A stretch of DNA of 45,362 nt, the filler included, from Catajapyx aquilonaris (lineage: Eukaryota): NCBI GenBank assembly GCA_000934665.2. It is 2 parts of 2 records of this genome, joined end to end, with 100 filler letters (N's around TTAATTAATTAA, not from the genome) between each part and the next. Parts side by side here need not be neighbours in the genome. Positions count along the whole stretch, not along the records: positions 1 to 22,634 come from JYFJ02005837.1; positions 22,735 to 45,362 come from JYFJ02005838.1. One strand, written 5' to 3'. The notes under the pieces were generated by a model that had not been told where the DNA came from, did no database searches, and saw nothing but the letters and a program-made list of their open reading frames with translations. Below, piece after piece: positions 13,166 to 23,527 of this stretch. The translations under genes and the position numbers were made by a program. Position 1 is the first letter of the stretch, and each line of letters starts with the position of its first letter.

Positions 13166-13457
13166 ATAATAATAATAATAATATCATACCCCGTTATCAG
13201 CCGGCGGCTCTTTAGGGGGGAATTTTGTTTTGTCTGGAACTCCTTCTTTGCATTTTCCTTCGCTTTTTGGGGATAGGATAGGGAAGGAAGGAAGCGGCTG
13301 TGCCCTATTATTTTAGGAAACAAACCAGGCATTTACCTGGAGGGACCGTGGGAAACCACAGAAAACCACGGTTAGGGTTGCCGGCCCCGGGGATCGAACC
13401 CAAGACCTCCCGATTAGCAGTCGGATACCATATCCCCTCCGCCACCACTGCTTCGGT
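13166..13457 (-). mobile_element. tRNA-derived SINE (family 2), copy 1
   Basis: B box GGTTCGATCCC on minus strand, (TTA)n tail, 13-bp TSD CCTACCCACCATA; homologous to 40658-40938. Confidence 0.85.
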
Positions 13458-15970
13458 CCTACCCACCATAGGACACCTACACTTCATTTGTTTCAGCGGG
13501 AAAAAAAAAGTCAGATAATTTTTGAACAGCCCTCATATGTGCTAATGTGACAACATAATGGCACAAACTCCCGCTGTATCGGTTCTAGAGGGAGTCAATT
13601 GTTCTGGTATTAATCGTGTATGTGCGGCCCTTCAGTAAATCCCATCAGAAGAAATCAGGTGGTGTCAGGTCTGGTGATCTTGGCGGCCACAGGTTTTTCA
13701 AAATTAATTGGCCACCGAAGGTCTGGGCTCAGATCACCAGACCTGACTCTTCAAACCTGACACATGATTTCTTCTTGTTGGGTTTACTGAATGCCCGCAT
13801 ACGCAGGAGTAAGCCCAGAACAATTGACGCCCTCTGGCCCGAATATGGAGGGAGTTTGCTGCCATTGTGATGTCACATTAGCACATATACCCTCCGCCCA
13901 AACCAGGGTGTGTGCGGCGGCATCATGTGTGAAGGCCTCCCGCCAGTCATATATGCCAATATGCAGACTCACAAACAAAAGTGCTTGGATGCTGGAGGGG
14001 ACCATTTTCGGGAAGGAGTAGGGAAGAGAGGCACCGTAGAAGTCGGGAGGGCGAGTAGTGGACGGGGGCAGTGGCTGTGTCGCTGACGCAAAGCTCCAAG
14101 TACTGATTTTTCGGTTTTTGTAATGACAGACCGAATGTGGCAGGGGTATGCTGTACCAACCTAACCTTCTTCCTTGTGGATACAGACCTATCTTCAGCGG
14201 ATACACGCTTATTCTTCAGCCTGCCTGATCCGTTTTTGCGACACAGGCACTGCCCCCAGTCAACATCAACCCCCCGGCCGTCCGTGGTGCCGCATTAACC
14301 TAAGAACTCTAGCCTTTTCGGTAGATTCTCTAGGCTTCTCTAGGCAGACCTTGTTTGGCAACATGCAAGCTAAGTATATGTCAATTTTCATCAGGAACCA
14401 CACCATAGTTAAAAAGTTATTGAGAAATGTTTGGGTTTCCATTCGAGAAAATCACCCTGTATAACACGTCAGGTATAAATTCATATTGGCAGATCTAGTA
14501 AGCTTAGTAGCAACATTGTATGTGGAAAAAGCTCGGTTACATGCCCATATCCACTTTGTGCTTGTAAGTGTGAGTAAACCTCAAAAAGACTAAAATATAA
14601 TGTAATAAAATCTGACACCATTTTAAATACGTTTTAAAATATGCTGTGAAAATTTTGGCTTCAGAAAAGCTCTGCCTGGTTCTCCTAATCTATGTTTCAA
14701 TGTGTGCAATTGTTTTACACTTTAACCCTCTGTCTCCCACTCGATGATGCACTCTTTTGGTGAGGGTTTAACAAGAGCGCCCTAGGTGAAGATCACTGGA
14801 TCTGGTACTGTTGGTTTCGCTCTCGATTCATGCACAAGAGGGGGCTGAACATTGCAAGACATGTCACCCAGCGAGGTTCGTATATAATGCACGTGCTAGT
14901 TTAGACAACTGTGCTCTTGGAACACCTGACACATGCTCAAAGATTTTGCGACTCATTTTCACCTGTTTGTAAATAATGTTAACTCTGCATAAAAGAATCG
15001 CTGACTACGACAGTTTTCTGCTGATGCAGCGGTGCAGTTGCAAGGGATGCATTGCGTCATCATTCGCACCTGCACGCACGTGCACTACTTGCGACATGTG
15101 TCTCGCAGGTGTCACAGCCTGTTTTTACGCGTCAAAAGGGCATTTTTGCCACTATATAAGACTCACCGTTTCACCTCTCCCTCTCTCTCCGGAACCACAT
15201 TGTGACGCCTACACAGCATTAGTAAGTTGGCCATTGGGTCATTCTACGCCAGATCCCCTGATTTTTTAAATGTTCAACCGTGCTCTCACCTCTCAGATAT
15301 ATTTCAAAATGTTAACATTAGTTACTTATGAGATAACACCAAATTATTTAATTCAATTTTTTTGAGCCAAAACTGGGTTCAGGATTTTTTTTTTGAAAAT
15401 GTCAATTTTGTTGTGATTTAAGCTGTCACATTTTCTGCATCAGTTTCGAAAAATTCTTGTATTTTTCTTATTTTTTCACCAATTGGGCTAATTTTGGTAT
15501 CAAATTAAAGCATTTTCTTATCTCTTTACAAAGCATGTATAAAAGTTGTGCCAACTGCTGCGGATAATTACCACTGTCCAAGTAAAGTGAATTTTAGTAA
15601 CATTATACCTTGGTCAGTTCGACAAACCACAACTACTAACCCATGTATGAATTTGTTTCTGTAGAATGAGCTAACCATGTACTTGTTATATTTAAAATAT
15701 AAGGAGGGTGTTTGTTGTGGTTATCAAATAAAAAATTAATTTGTTTTTGGTATAGGCAAATTAGGAAGGATTTTTTTTTTTTGAAAGCTAATTTTTGTTT
15801 TAAAACATTCTTTGGGACCCCTGTACCTCGAGTGAAAAGTCCTAAAAGATCCGGGCTGGGCAACCTATTTAAATTGTGACAAAATGTACACCATTTTGGA
15901 AATTTCAAAAAAATCGTGGTTTTATGAGTATGGTAGGCCATATGATGCTGCTTTCGCTATTTTACTTTAA

Positions 15971-16440
15971 CCCTTAAGTACGTAGGTGGGCAAAACACCT
16001 TTAACTACGTAGGTGGAGCCTGAGAGGCTCCAACGGTATATTTAAATTTATGCTTATCAACTAAATTGTTATATTGGACTTTTCACATACAGAAAGTGCA
16101 GTTCAGATCATTAGGCTTCCGAAAACGTAAAAATCACACGCTGAGTCAGCATATTCTGTCGGGGAAAAATTTTTAATTAAAAGGTTACATCAACAACTTT
16201 GAGCCGCTCTGGCTTCACCTGCATAGGGATAGCCTGAGTGGTTAGAGGGACCTGTTCCTCGTTACGAATTTTTTTAAACCAAAGAATAGGGACTAAAAAT
16301 TTTTTTCTTTCCTTTTCATGCTTAGGAAGGTTTTTCTGACAAAGTCACATAAAGAGAGTGGAAAATAAAATTCAATGAAAAAGTTACATGCGTTTAAATA
16401 GTGCTTGGAGCCTCTCAGGCTCCACCTACGTAGTTAAGGG
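15971..16440. mobile_element. piggyBac-like MITE
   Basis: TTAA-CCCTTAAGTACGTAGGTGG ... CCACCTACGTAGTTAAGGG-TTTAA; absent from the mirror arm of the host foldback. Confidence 0.7.
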
Positions 16441-16776
16441 TTTAATGCTTTCTAAAACTGAAACTTATAATGACGGACTTAATGATTTAAAAATATCTAC
16501 TATACTATAACTATATTCTTCACGGCCTCGATCCCTGCTTTAAGGGGTGGCCAGCGATAGCCAGATACATGCATCTGACCATCTCGTTTGACCAATACAA
16601 TGAACCGTCTGGTGACTGGTCAGGTCACGCATTTAAAAATATATAATTTTATTTATATAAATGTGCCCAAAATGCATGACTCAAGGTGTCAAATATTTCG
16701 ATATTCTTGGAAAGTCATAAAACCTGCTCTGGCCTATTGAAATCCAGCTTAGGGAAGAAATTACAGGGAAGAATTA

Positions 16777-17094
16777 CAGTTGAATTCCATCAGTCACTGA
16801 TATAGCACGAGCCAAAAATTTCAAAATCATTCTTTTTCTGGTATATTTGGCAAGGGCCAGATGGCAGAAGAAAATGATGGATTGTTTTTGGTCCTGCCTA
16901 AGTTATGGGTGAGCTAATGTGGCATGTTTGTGGGTAGTTTTATTAATCAGCATGCAGTAGTGTGCATTATAAATATATGAAAGCAGAAAACCTGCACATT
17001 CATTGCAAAAGTGGTGATTTGGCTATAACAGACTTCAGTTATAACAGACTGATTTCATTGGTTCCGTGAAGTCTGTTATATCTGGATTCAACTG
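16777..17094. mobile_element. pogo/Tigger-like MITE remnant
   Basis: TA-CAGTTGAATTCC ... TGGATTCAACTG-TA with subterminal GTTATAAC-type repeats. Confidence 0.55.
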
Positions 17095-18317
17095 TAATTA
17101 AAACTGATTTCTTCCCTGAGCTGGCTTTCAATAGGCCAGAGCAGGTGTTATGACCAAAGATACTGGTACTTTCCTTAGTATTTTTGGTTATGACTTTCCA
17201 AGAATATCATAATATTTGACACCTTGCATCATGCATTTTGGTAACATTTATATAAATAAAATTAGATATTTTAAAATCATTAAGTCCGTCATTATAAAGT
17301 ATTAGTTTTAGAAAGCATTTCAAGTAAAATAGCGAAAGCAGCGTCATTTTATGGCCTACCATACTCATAAAACCACGATTTTTCGAAATTTCCAAAATGG
17401 TGTACATTTTGTCAAAATTTAAATAGGTTGCCCAGCCTGGATCTTTCAGGACTTTTCACTCGAGGTACAGGGGTCCCACAAATGTTTTAAAACAAAAATG
17501 AGCTTTCAAAAAAGAAAAAAGAAAAAAAGAAAAAGTGAAAAACAGGAAAACAGGAAAACATCCTAATTTGCCTATACTAAAAACAAATTAATTTTTTATT
17601 TGACAACCACAACAAACACCCTCCCTATTTTTAAAAGACAACAAGTGCAGGGTTAGCTCATTCTACAATTACAAAATAAATAAAAAATCATACATATGGT
17701 AGTTGTGGTTTGCAAGCAGTGGCTTTTCGAACCCGCCGAGGTATATGTCACTAAAATTCACTTTGCTTGCGCAGTGGTAATATTATCTGCAGTAGTTGGC
17801 ACAACTTTTATACCTTATTTGTAAAGAGATAAGAAAATTCTTTAATTTGATACCAAAATTAGCCCAATCTGTGAAAAAATACGGAAAATACGAGGATTTT
17901 TCTAAACTGATGCAGAAAATGTGACAGTTCAATCACAAAAATGGACACTTGCAGAAATTTCTCCTGAACACAGTTTTGACCCAAATGAATTGAAAGAAAT
18001 AATTTGGTGTTTTCTCATAAGTAGCTGCTCATGTTAAAATTTTGAAACATATCTGAAGATGTGAGAGCACATGGCACCAGGTGATCTGGCGTGGAATGAC
18101 CCCAATTTGTTATATTTTCCATTAGGAACATTCTTATGTTCCTTTTCTTTTGACATAATTGTTAAAAACCTGTATCTCATTCGGATTAACTGGAACTACA
18201 AATAAATTAATGTGTTATTACTGTTATACTGGTGTATTTCTTACTCTCTGGGCCTGATCGTCGGAAAACTTGAACGTCAACTAGAAACCTGGGTGAATCA
18301 TATTTAGGTTGAGGACA

Positions 18318-18335
18318 TGGTGCCGAGACCAGGAT
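18318..18335 (+). promoter_or_regulatory. Primer-binding site, probably tRNA-His
   Basis: TGGTGCCGAGACCAGGAT directly after the LTR CA; resembles the complement of the tRNA-His 3' end (TGGTGCCGTGACCAGGAT, from memory); tRNA-Phe is the alternative. Confidence 0.7.
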
Positions 18336-18365
18336 TTAATTGCGATTAACTTTAATTGTGATTAA

Positions 18366-19160
18366 CCCCTTCGGCCCCAGATCGGCCCGAACCACACAGT
18401 TTTTGGCTTACGCGTACTCCGAAGATACGGACAAGCTATTTTGCAAATAATAACAGCTATACTTACGAGATCTGGGAAAACCCTATGAATGTGTCTGGAA
18501 CCATTTTACTCGTCTAGAAGTCCCTAAATTAATTTCCAAAAAAGGGTTATAATAACTCGAAATTGGACTACTACCGCCCAACTTTTAGGCTGATTTAATT
18601 ATGAAATGCATGAAAATATGCAGAATAACAACCTTGAGAACCATGCCAGAGGAATTTGCTGAAATCGTCGTGCTTTGCGAGAAATAAATTAATACTTATT
18701 TGCGGCTTTCTGGCACTTCGGAAAACTTCGGAAAACTCCCAAATTTGTTTCTCATGAAGTACGACGATTTCAGAAAATTCACCTCATACTCATTTAGGAG
18801 TTTTCCTAAGTGCTAGAAAGCCGCAAATAAATATTAATTTATTTCTCGCAAAGTATGACGATTTCAGCAAATTCCTCTGGCATGGTTCTCAAAGTTGTTA
18901 TTCCGCATATTTTCACGCATTTCATAATTAAATCCGCCTAAAAGTTGGGCGGCAGTAGTCCAATTTCGAGTTATTATAGCCCTTTTTTGGAAATTATTTT
19001 AGGGACTTCTAGACGAGTAAAATGGTTCCAGACACATTCATAGGGTTTTCCCAGATCTCGTAAGTATAGCTGTTATTATTTGCAAAATATCTTGTCCGTC
19101 TCTTCGGAGTACGTGTAAGCCAAAAACTGTGTGGTTCGGGCCGATCTGGGGCCGAAGGGG
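18366..19160. mobile_element. piggyBac-like foldback MITE, ~360 bp TIRs
   Basis: TTAA-CCCCTTCGGCCCCAGATCGGCCCGAACC ... GGTTCGGGCCGATCTGGGGCCGAAGGGG-TTAA; highly similar arms. Confidence 0.85.
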
Positions 19161-19376
19161 TTAATGCCAAAAACGTTTTCCGAGACCAGCCTTAGGCAAG
19201 AGAAGTTATATACGCACATTGTTAGTGATAAATACTTGTTAGTTCGACACTGTGGTTATAATTATATGTCAGAAAGTGACAGGGAAAGCGAATTAAAAAC
19301 CACTGAAAACATATTAGGACAATATAAGGAGAAAGTGGTAGTTTTGGCATCCTTGTTGGAATGTGAGTGAGAGTTA

Positions 19377-20662
19377 TTGTCTCATTTAATAGCAACCATG
19401 ATTGCCAAAGATGTAAAACCTGGTTGTAGCACTGATACCGATGTACAGGAGCGGGTAGTCTGGTTTAACAGCGGGCTGCTTATGACAATCCCATATTATG
19501 AAGGCCGTGCGTCCGAATCACCACTACAATTCTTACCCCACACAGAGATGGCTGGTCAGATGTTGCAGTGGTCCGATTTAGAAAAAATAAACGACTTCAA
19601 ATTACAACTGCGAGACCCGACCTCCACACAAGTCATGCTGTCAGCCAAGTTCAAGAACATAATTAACTGGGAATCTTTCAAGAAGCAGTTGCTAGAACAG
19701 CGGTTCCCAACCTGGGGGTCGCGAAGCCTTTTCCGCGGGGTCGAACATGGCCGCGGTAATTTTTATAAGTGATTTTTTTTCTTCAAACTTTTTAAATAGG
19801 CAATTTCATCGTGAAGGTTTTTTTCAACACCTACTAACACTTGGGGAGGGGAGGGGGGGGGGGNGGGTTGCAGGTTACTTGGCTATCATAAAAGGAACCC
19901 GAAAAAGGTTGGGAACCACTGTCCGAGAACATTTCAGTAGTACTCGCAACTACTGTGAATTAATAGGGAAAATGCAAAGTGTCTATCAAAAAGACACGGA
20001 AAGTGTACAGGACTTTGTAACGCGAATCAGACGGGTGAGATATTACATTATGACTGATACAACCGATAGTCGACCAACTTACTTCATCTCAGTTTCCTTC
20101 AGGGGTCTATTCAAATGGAATTAAGAGAAACCTGGCGATCCTCAAACCAAAGACATTAGATGAGGCATTAAAACTAGACTTGGAAGAGGAAAGGCGTGAT
20201 GGCAGAAATTTTTACCGTGACAAGAAGCCCAAACATGGGGTCTTCGTTATACAGCCGTAGGATGATACAACGGCGTCATTAGCCAAAAAAGTGGCCTCTT
20301 TGACTCATCAATTGGCTAGATATCAGCGCGAAATCGAGAGAAATACACAAGAAGCCAGAGTGGCAGTTAACCGACCTCCCCCAGTATTTCCTAATCAAAG
20401 GGGCAAGACAGAAAATTTTGCGTCTCGAATTCCCTCTTGCCCATTGTTGAAATGCTTCCGGTGCAATAGTGATCAGCATTTGATTGTGAGGTGTCCCATA
20501 AGCAACCTCCCCCCCCAAGCCCATGGCACCAGTGTACGGGCTGGCACTGGAGGCGCAATTGTCCATTTAATAGCTCTGGAATGGCCCAAGGTAGCCAAGA
20601 AGGAGAGACTAGGAATCAGACACGTCAAACGGCCTTTCACAACAGGTCAGGTCATAAGTTGA
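19377..20662 (+). pseudogene. Disrupted retrotransposon gag
   Basis: IPYYEG..SPLQFL, WESFKKQLLEQ, QKDTESVQDFVTRIR (major-homology-like) and CFRCNSDQHLIVRC (CX2CX4HX4C, 20453-20494) in separate frames; stops, frameshifts and a hAT insertion. Confidence 0.8.
19698..19921. mobile_element. hAT (Charlie-like) MITE inserted in gag
   Basis: TIR CAGCGGTTCCCAACCT / AGGTTGGGAACCACTG; 8-bp TSD TGCTAGAA / TCCGAGAA (6 of 8 match). Confidence 0.75.
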
Positions 20663-20996
20663 AAATTATTTATACAAATCTTTGAGTGCCGTCCATTTCC
20701 TTCCCTTCTTGCTAAAAGAAATGACATAATAACCGGAAAGTGGACTCTGTAGGGATGCTACCCATCAGCAATAGCCAATCAGACTATAATATTTTATTAT
20801 GAATTCTGCTCCTTTTCTGGCTGGCTAACATCCGAGTGTCAGTTTTCAGCCAGAAGGAAATTAGTACCAGGAATTTGTAAAAATTGTGGTGGTCATCATT
20901 TCATGCCAGCCCTATGGACAATGTCTGTTCCGTGCTTTTGTCCAGTGGGTTCTCAGCACTTCACCAGAACGGTTCTCTTACACCTTTACGCCAGTT

Positions 20997-21710
20997 ATGG
21001 AGTCGCCTAATCCCGTCACTCTCAGGAACTTGTTTCCGATCTTTGAGGACTACGCACAGGCCAATGGACCTGTGCTCACCTACGTGCTTCCGAAGCCGGT
21101 GGTGGATGAGACACCCTCCCTGACGACGCTGCAGCTGAGTGGCCACACCATACCACATGGTTCTTTGATCATCTGTCCGGAACCCTTCAGCGGAGGGATG
21201 GAAATTTTGAGAATCAATAACGACTGGATCTCTGACTGGAGATGGTTGTCACCAGAAGCGACCATGGTGGTACAGCCCTGGCGTCCATCCATTTTCAACA
21301 GTCCGATGCAGGAGTGGAGATTGGAGCCCCGTGACATACCCACAGTCGTGCATGAGGCACTGGAAGCCAGCCCAATGAGCAACGCCGCTTCTGGAGCATC
21401 TCATAAGAACGACCCTACCTTGCCCACACCAACACCTGGGAGGAGCGTCGATTTTCGGACCATGGCGTCAAAGTGCCCTCGCCATCAGGTTGACTGCGAC
21501 GTACCGGCAGTGAAACCTAGTGCATTGGCAACCAGCCGTGGCCAGATGGGGGACATCGCTTCCGGGGCGTCTAACAAGACCGCTACCTTGCCTACTTCAG
21601 CACCGAAACGCTCCGTTCTTCGAGCCGAGCTGTTGAAGCCCCCTCAGGACATTCTGAAGATTCGCCCTAACGGGAAACGTAGGAAGGCGTCCAAACGCCC
21701 TGAGGTTTGA
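20997..21710 (+). CDS. Unknown accessory ORF of the LTR element (237 aa from ATG; frame open from 20886)
   Basis: Longest ORF in the supplied track; sits between gag and the PPT; no RT, RNase H, integrase or TM motifs; Pro/Ser/Thr-rich tail with basic C-terminus. Confidence 0.5.
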   Translation: MESPNPVTLRNLFPIFEDYAQANGPVLTYVLPKPVVDETPSLTTLQLSGHTIPHGSLIICPEPFSGGMEILRINNDWISDWRWLSPEATMVVQPWRPSIFNSPMQEWRLEPRDIPTVVHEALEASPMSNAASGASHKNDPTLPTPTPGRSVDFRTMASKCPRHQVDCDVPAVKPSALATSRGQMGDIASGASNKTATLPTSAPKRSVLRAELLKPPQDILKIRPNGKRRKASKRPEV

Positions 21711-21918
21711 ATCGATCCACAGCCAGTACCAGTCCCAGATGGTAGTTATTCATGTAATGGAAACCACAAGATAGTTTGTTTGCTTATATTGTTGGGATTC
21801 TAACTCACCCAATGGCTTGTTTCACTGCAACTCACAATGCAGCATAGACCCTTGCACTGGTAATCACTTTGCCAGTAGTTTATTAAATTTTTCAAATTTT
21901 CTGAAGGGAGAGGTGAGT

Positions 21919-22487
21919 TGTCACCCAGCAAGGTTTATATAATACATGTGCTAGTTTAGACAACTGTCCTCTTGGAATATCTGACACCTGCTCAAAGATT
22001 TTGCGACTCATTGTAACCTGTTTGTAAATAATGTTAACTCTGGATAAAAGAATCGCTGACTACGACAGATTTCTGCTGATGCAGCGGTGAAGTTGTGAGG
22101 GATGCATTGCATCATCACTTGCACCTGCACTACTTGCGCCATGTGTCTCGCAGGAGTCACAGCTTGTTCTTATGCGTCAAAAAGGCATTTTTGCCACTAT
22201 AGAAGACTTGCCGTTTCACCTCTCACTCTCTCTCCTGAACCACATTGTGACGCATACACAGCATTTGTAAGTTGGCCATTCTGTTATATTTTCCGTTAGG
22301 AACATTTTTATGTTCTTTTTCATTTGACGTAATTGTTAAAAACCTGTATCTAATTCGGATTAACTGGAACTTCAAATAAATGTGTTATTACTGTTATACT
22401 GGTGTATTTCTTACTCTCTGGGCCTGATCATCTGAAAACTTGAATGTCAACTAGAAACCTGGGTTAATCATATTTAGGTTGATGACA
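21919..22487 (+). repeat. 3' LTR (569 bp, intact)
   Basis: TGTCACCC...GATGACA, preceded by the PPT and followed by TSD GACA. Confidence 0.9.
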
Positions 22488-22634
22488 GACATACCAACCT
22501 GCATTGCATATCGAGGGAGGGTATCAACCGCTTCATATACGAGGGAGGGTCAAAAAGTTATCTACCTAGGTATGAAGGACATGTGTTACAACTCTCACAA
22601 TGTCATTTTTTATCGATGTGATCTCCCTTCATCT

Positions 22635-22734
22635 NNNNNNNNNNNNNNNNNNNNNNNNNNNNNNNNNNNNNNNNNNNNTTAATTAATTAANNNNNNNNNN
22701 NNNNNNNNNNNNNNNNNNNNNNNNNNNNNNNNNN
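22635..22734. other. Assembly gap (100 nt) with artificial TTAATTAATTAA spacer
   Basis: 44 N + TTAATTAATTAA + 44 N; true distance unknown. Confidence 0.95.
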
Positions 22735-22930
22735 CCGAGCGCCATCTATCAACAAAACAGTCCGCTCGCCTAGCGCCTCCCGCGTGACATGTCTGAGCCC
22801 ACCCTGTTCCTTGTCTATGAACCCCCTCTTGATGGCGTTTCCGACCCCGGGTGCATTGGTCAAAACTGATTGTCTCTGCCTCCCCTACACACCCTAGCAG
22901 TTTGTAAAGATAGCTCAGAAACACCCTGTA

Positions 22931-23460
22931 TAAGGTTCATTCAAATTAAAATGAGCCAAGGTCATAGCAAATTGCCAAATAAGATTCTTGTGGCATCTGC
23001 AGCACAAAACAAAGGTGGCACCAATGTAGTATTATGACACAATGATGTTGGCCATTTCATCACTGGACAAAGTGGCAGTGTGCCTTTGTTCAGAAAACAC
23101 ACACCCACCCCGTCAAAACAACCAGTCAGATATGGAAGCAACTACTGTTGAGAAGCGAGCGGGAATCCGTTTTTGGACCACAGAAAGTGTCAGGAACACA
23201 GAAATCCATCACCATATGAGTACTGCATACTAAAACTGTATGTCTTTGTCACATGTTCTGTATGTCTTTCTCACATGTTAGAGCCTGGAGTAAGTGGTTC
23301 CAAGATGGGTGGTTGTCGTTGACTGATTACCAGGGCAAGCAAATTGCTTACTCCAGGCTCCAATAAGTGACAAAGACAGAGTTTTTGTACATGGTACTCA
23401 TACAGCAATAGATTTCTGTCAGTACTCCCAACACATTCCATGGTTCAAAAATGGATTAGC
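22931..23460 (+). mobile_element. Mariner 5' remnant with local inverted duplication
   Basis: MEATTVEKRAGIRFWTTESVRNTEIHHHMSTAY resembles the mariner N-terminus (EQRAVIRF...EIH..M...YG); 23345-23450 is an inverted copy of ~23170-23295. Confidence 0.55.
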
Positions 23461-23527
23461 CTACTGCTTGCTGCCCAACATCGGTCTTTTATATGGGACC
23501 TTGGTTCGTTTTCATTAATGACTTATA

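Larger units (their letters stand above)
12059..13535 (+). mobile_element. Degenerate, internally deleted mariner transposon
   Basis: TIR CAAGGACTGTCCAAAAAGTATACGACTTTT / AAAAGTCAGATAATTTTTGAACAGCCCTCA with TA TSD; fragments ETIRKIQQVIGDDAMG (HTH region) and PDFWNTVMTGDELW (TGDETW motif). Confidence 0.8.
11775..14459. mobile_element. Tc1/mariner (rosa/DD41D-like) derived foldback element with nested insertions
   Basis: TA-CAGGGTGA..GAATGGAAACCCAAACATT / AATGTTTGGGTTTCCATTC..TCACCCTG-TA, TIR >120 bp; further IR 11905-11965 vs 13950-14012; WPPRSPDLTPPDFF transposase remnant at ~13640-13690 on the minus strand. Confidence 0.8.
15236..18102. mobile_element. Long-TIR foldback DNA transposon, Sola2-like
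   Basis: Termini GGGTCATTCTACGCCAGATC / GATCTGGCGTGGAATGACCC; arms ~15236-15965 vs ~17325-18102 and continuing inward; comparison with the empty site in the 3' LTR implies a 4-bp TSD (CATT/CAAT). No transposase. Confidence 0.7.
14862..18317 (+). repeat. 5' LTR, split by a 2.87 kb insertion (LTR parts 14862-15235 and 18103-18317)
   Basis: Both parts align colinearly to the intact 3' LTR (TGTCACCCAGC...GTTGGCCATT | ..TGTTATATTTTCC...TATTTAGGTTGA.GACA). Confidence 0.9.
14862..22487 (+). mobile_element. Non-autonomous LTR retrotransposon (Gypsy-like gag, no pol detected)
   Basis: Two TG..CA LTRs (14862-18317 interrupted; 21919-22487), 4-bp TSD GACA, PBS at 18318, polypurine tract GAAGGGAGAGGTGAG at 21903-21917, gag remnant with CCHC knuckle. 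Confidence 0.9.

Noticed and set aside
22679..22690. TTAATTAATTAA island inside Ns
   Set aside because: Symmetric six-frame-stop spacer in a 100-nt gap; scaffolding artefact.
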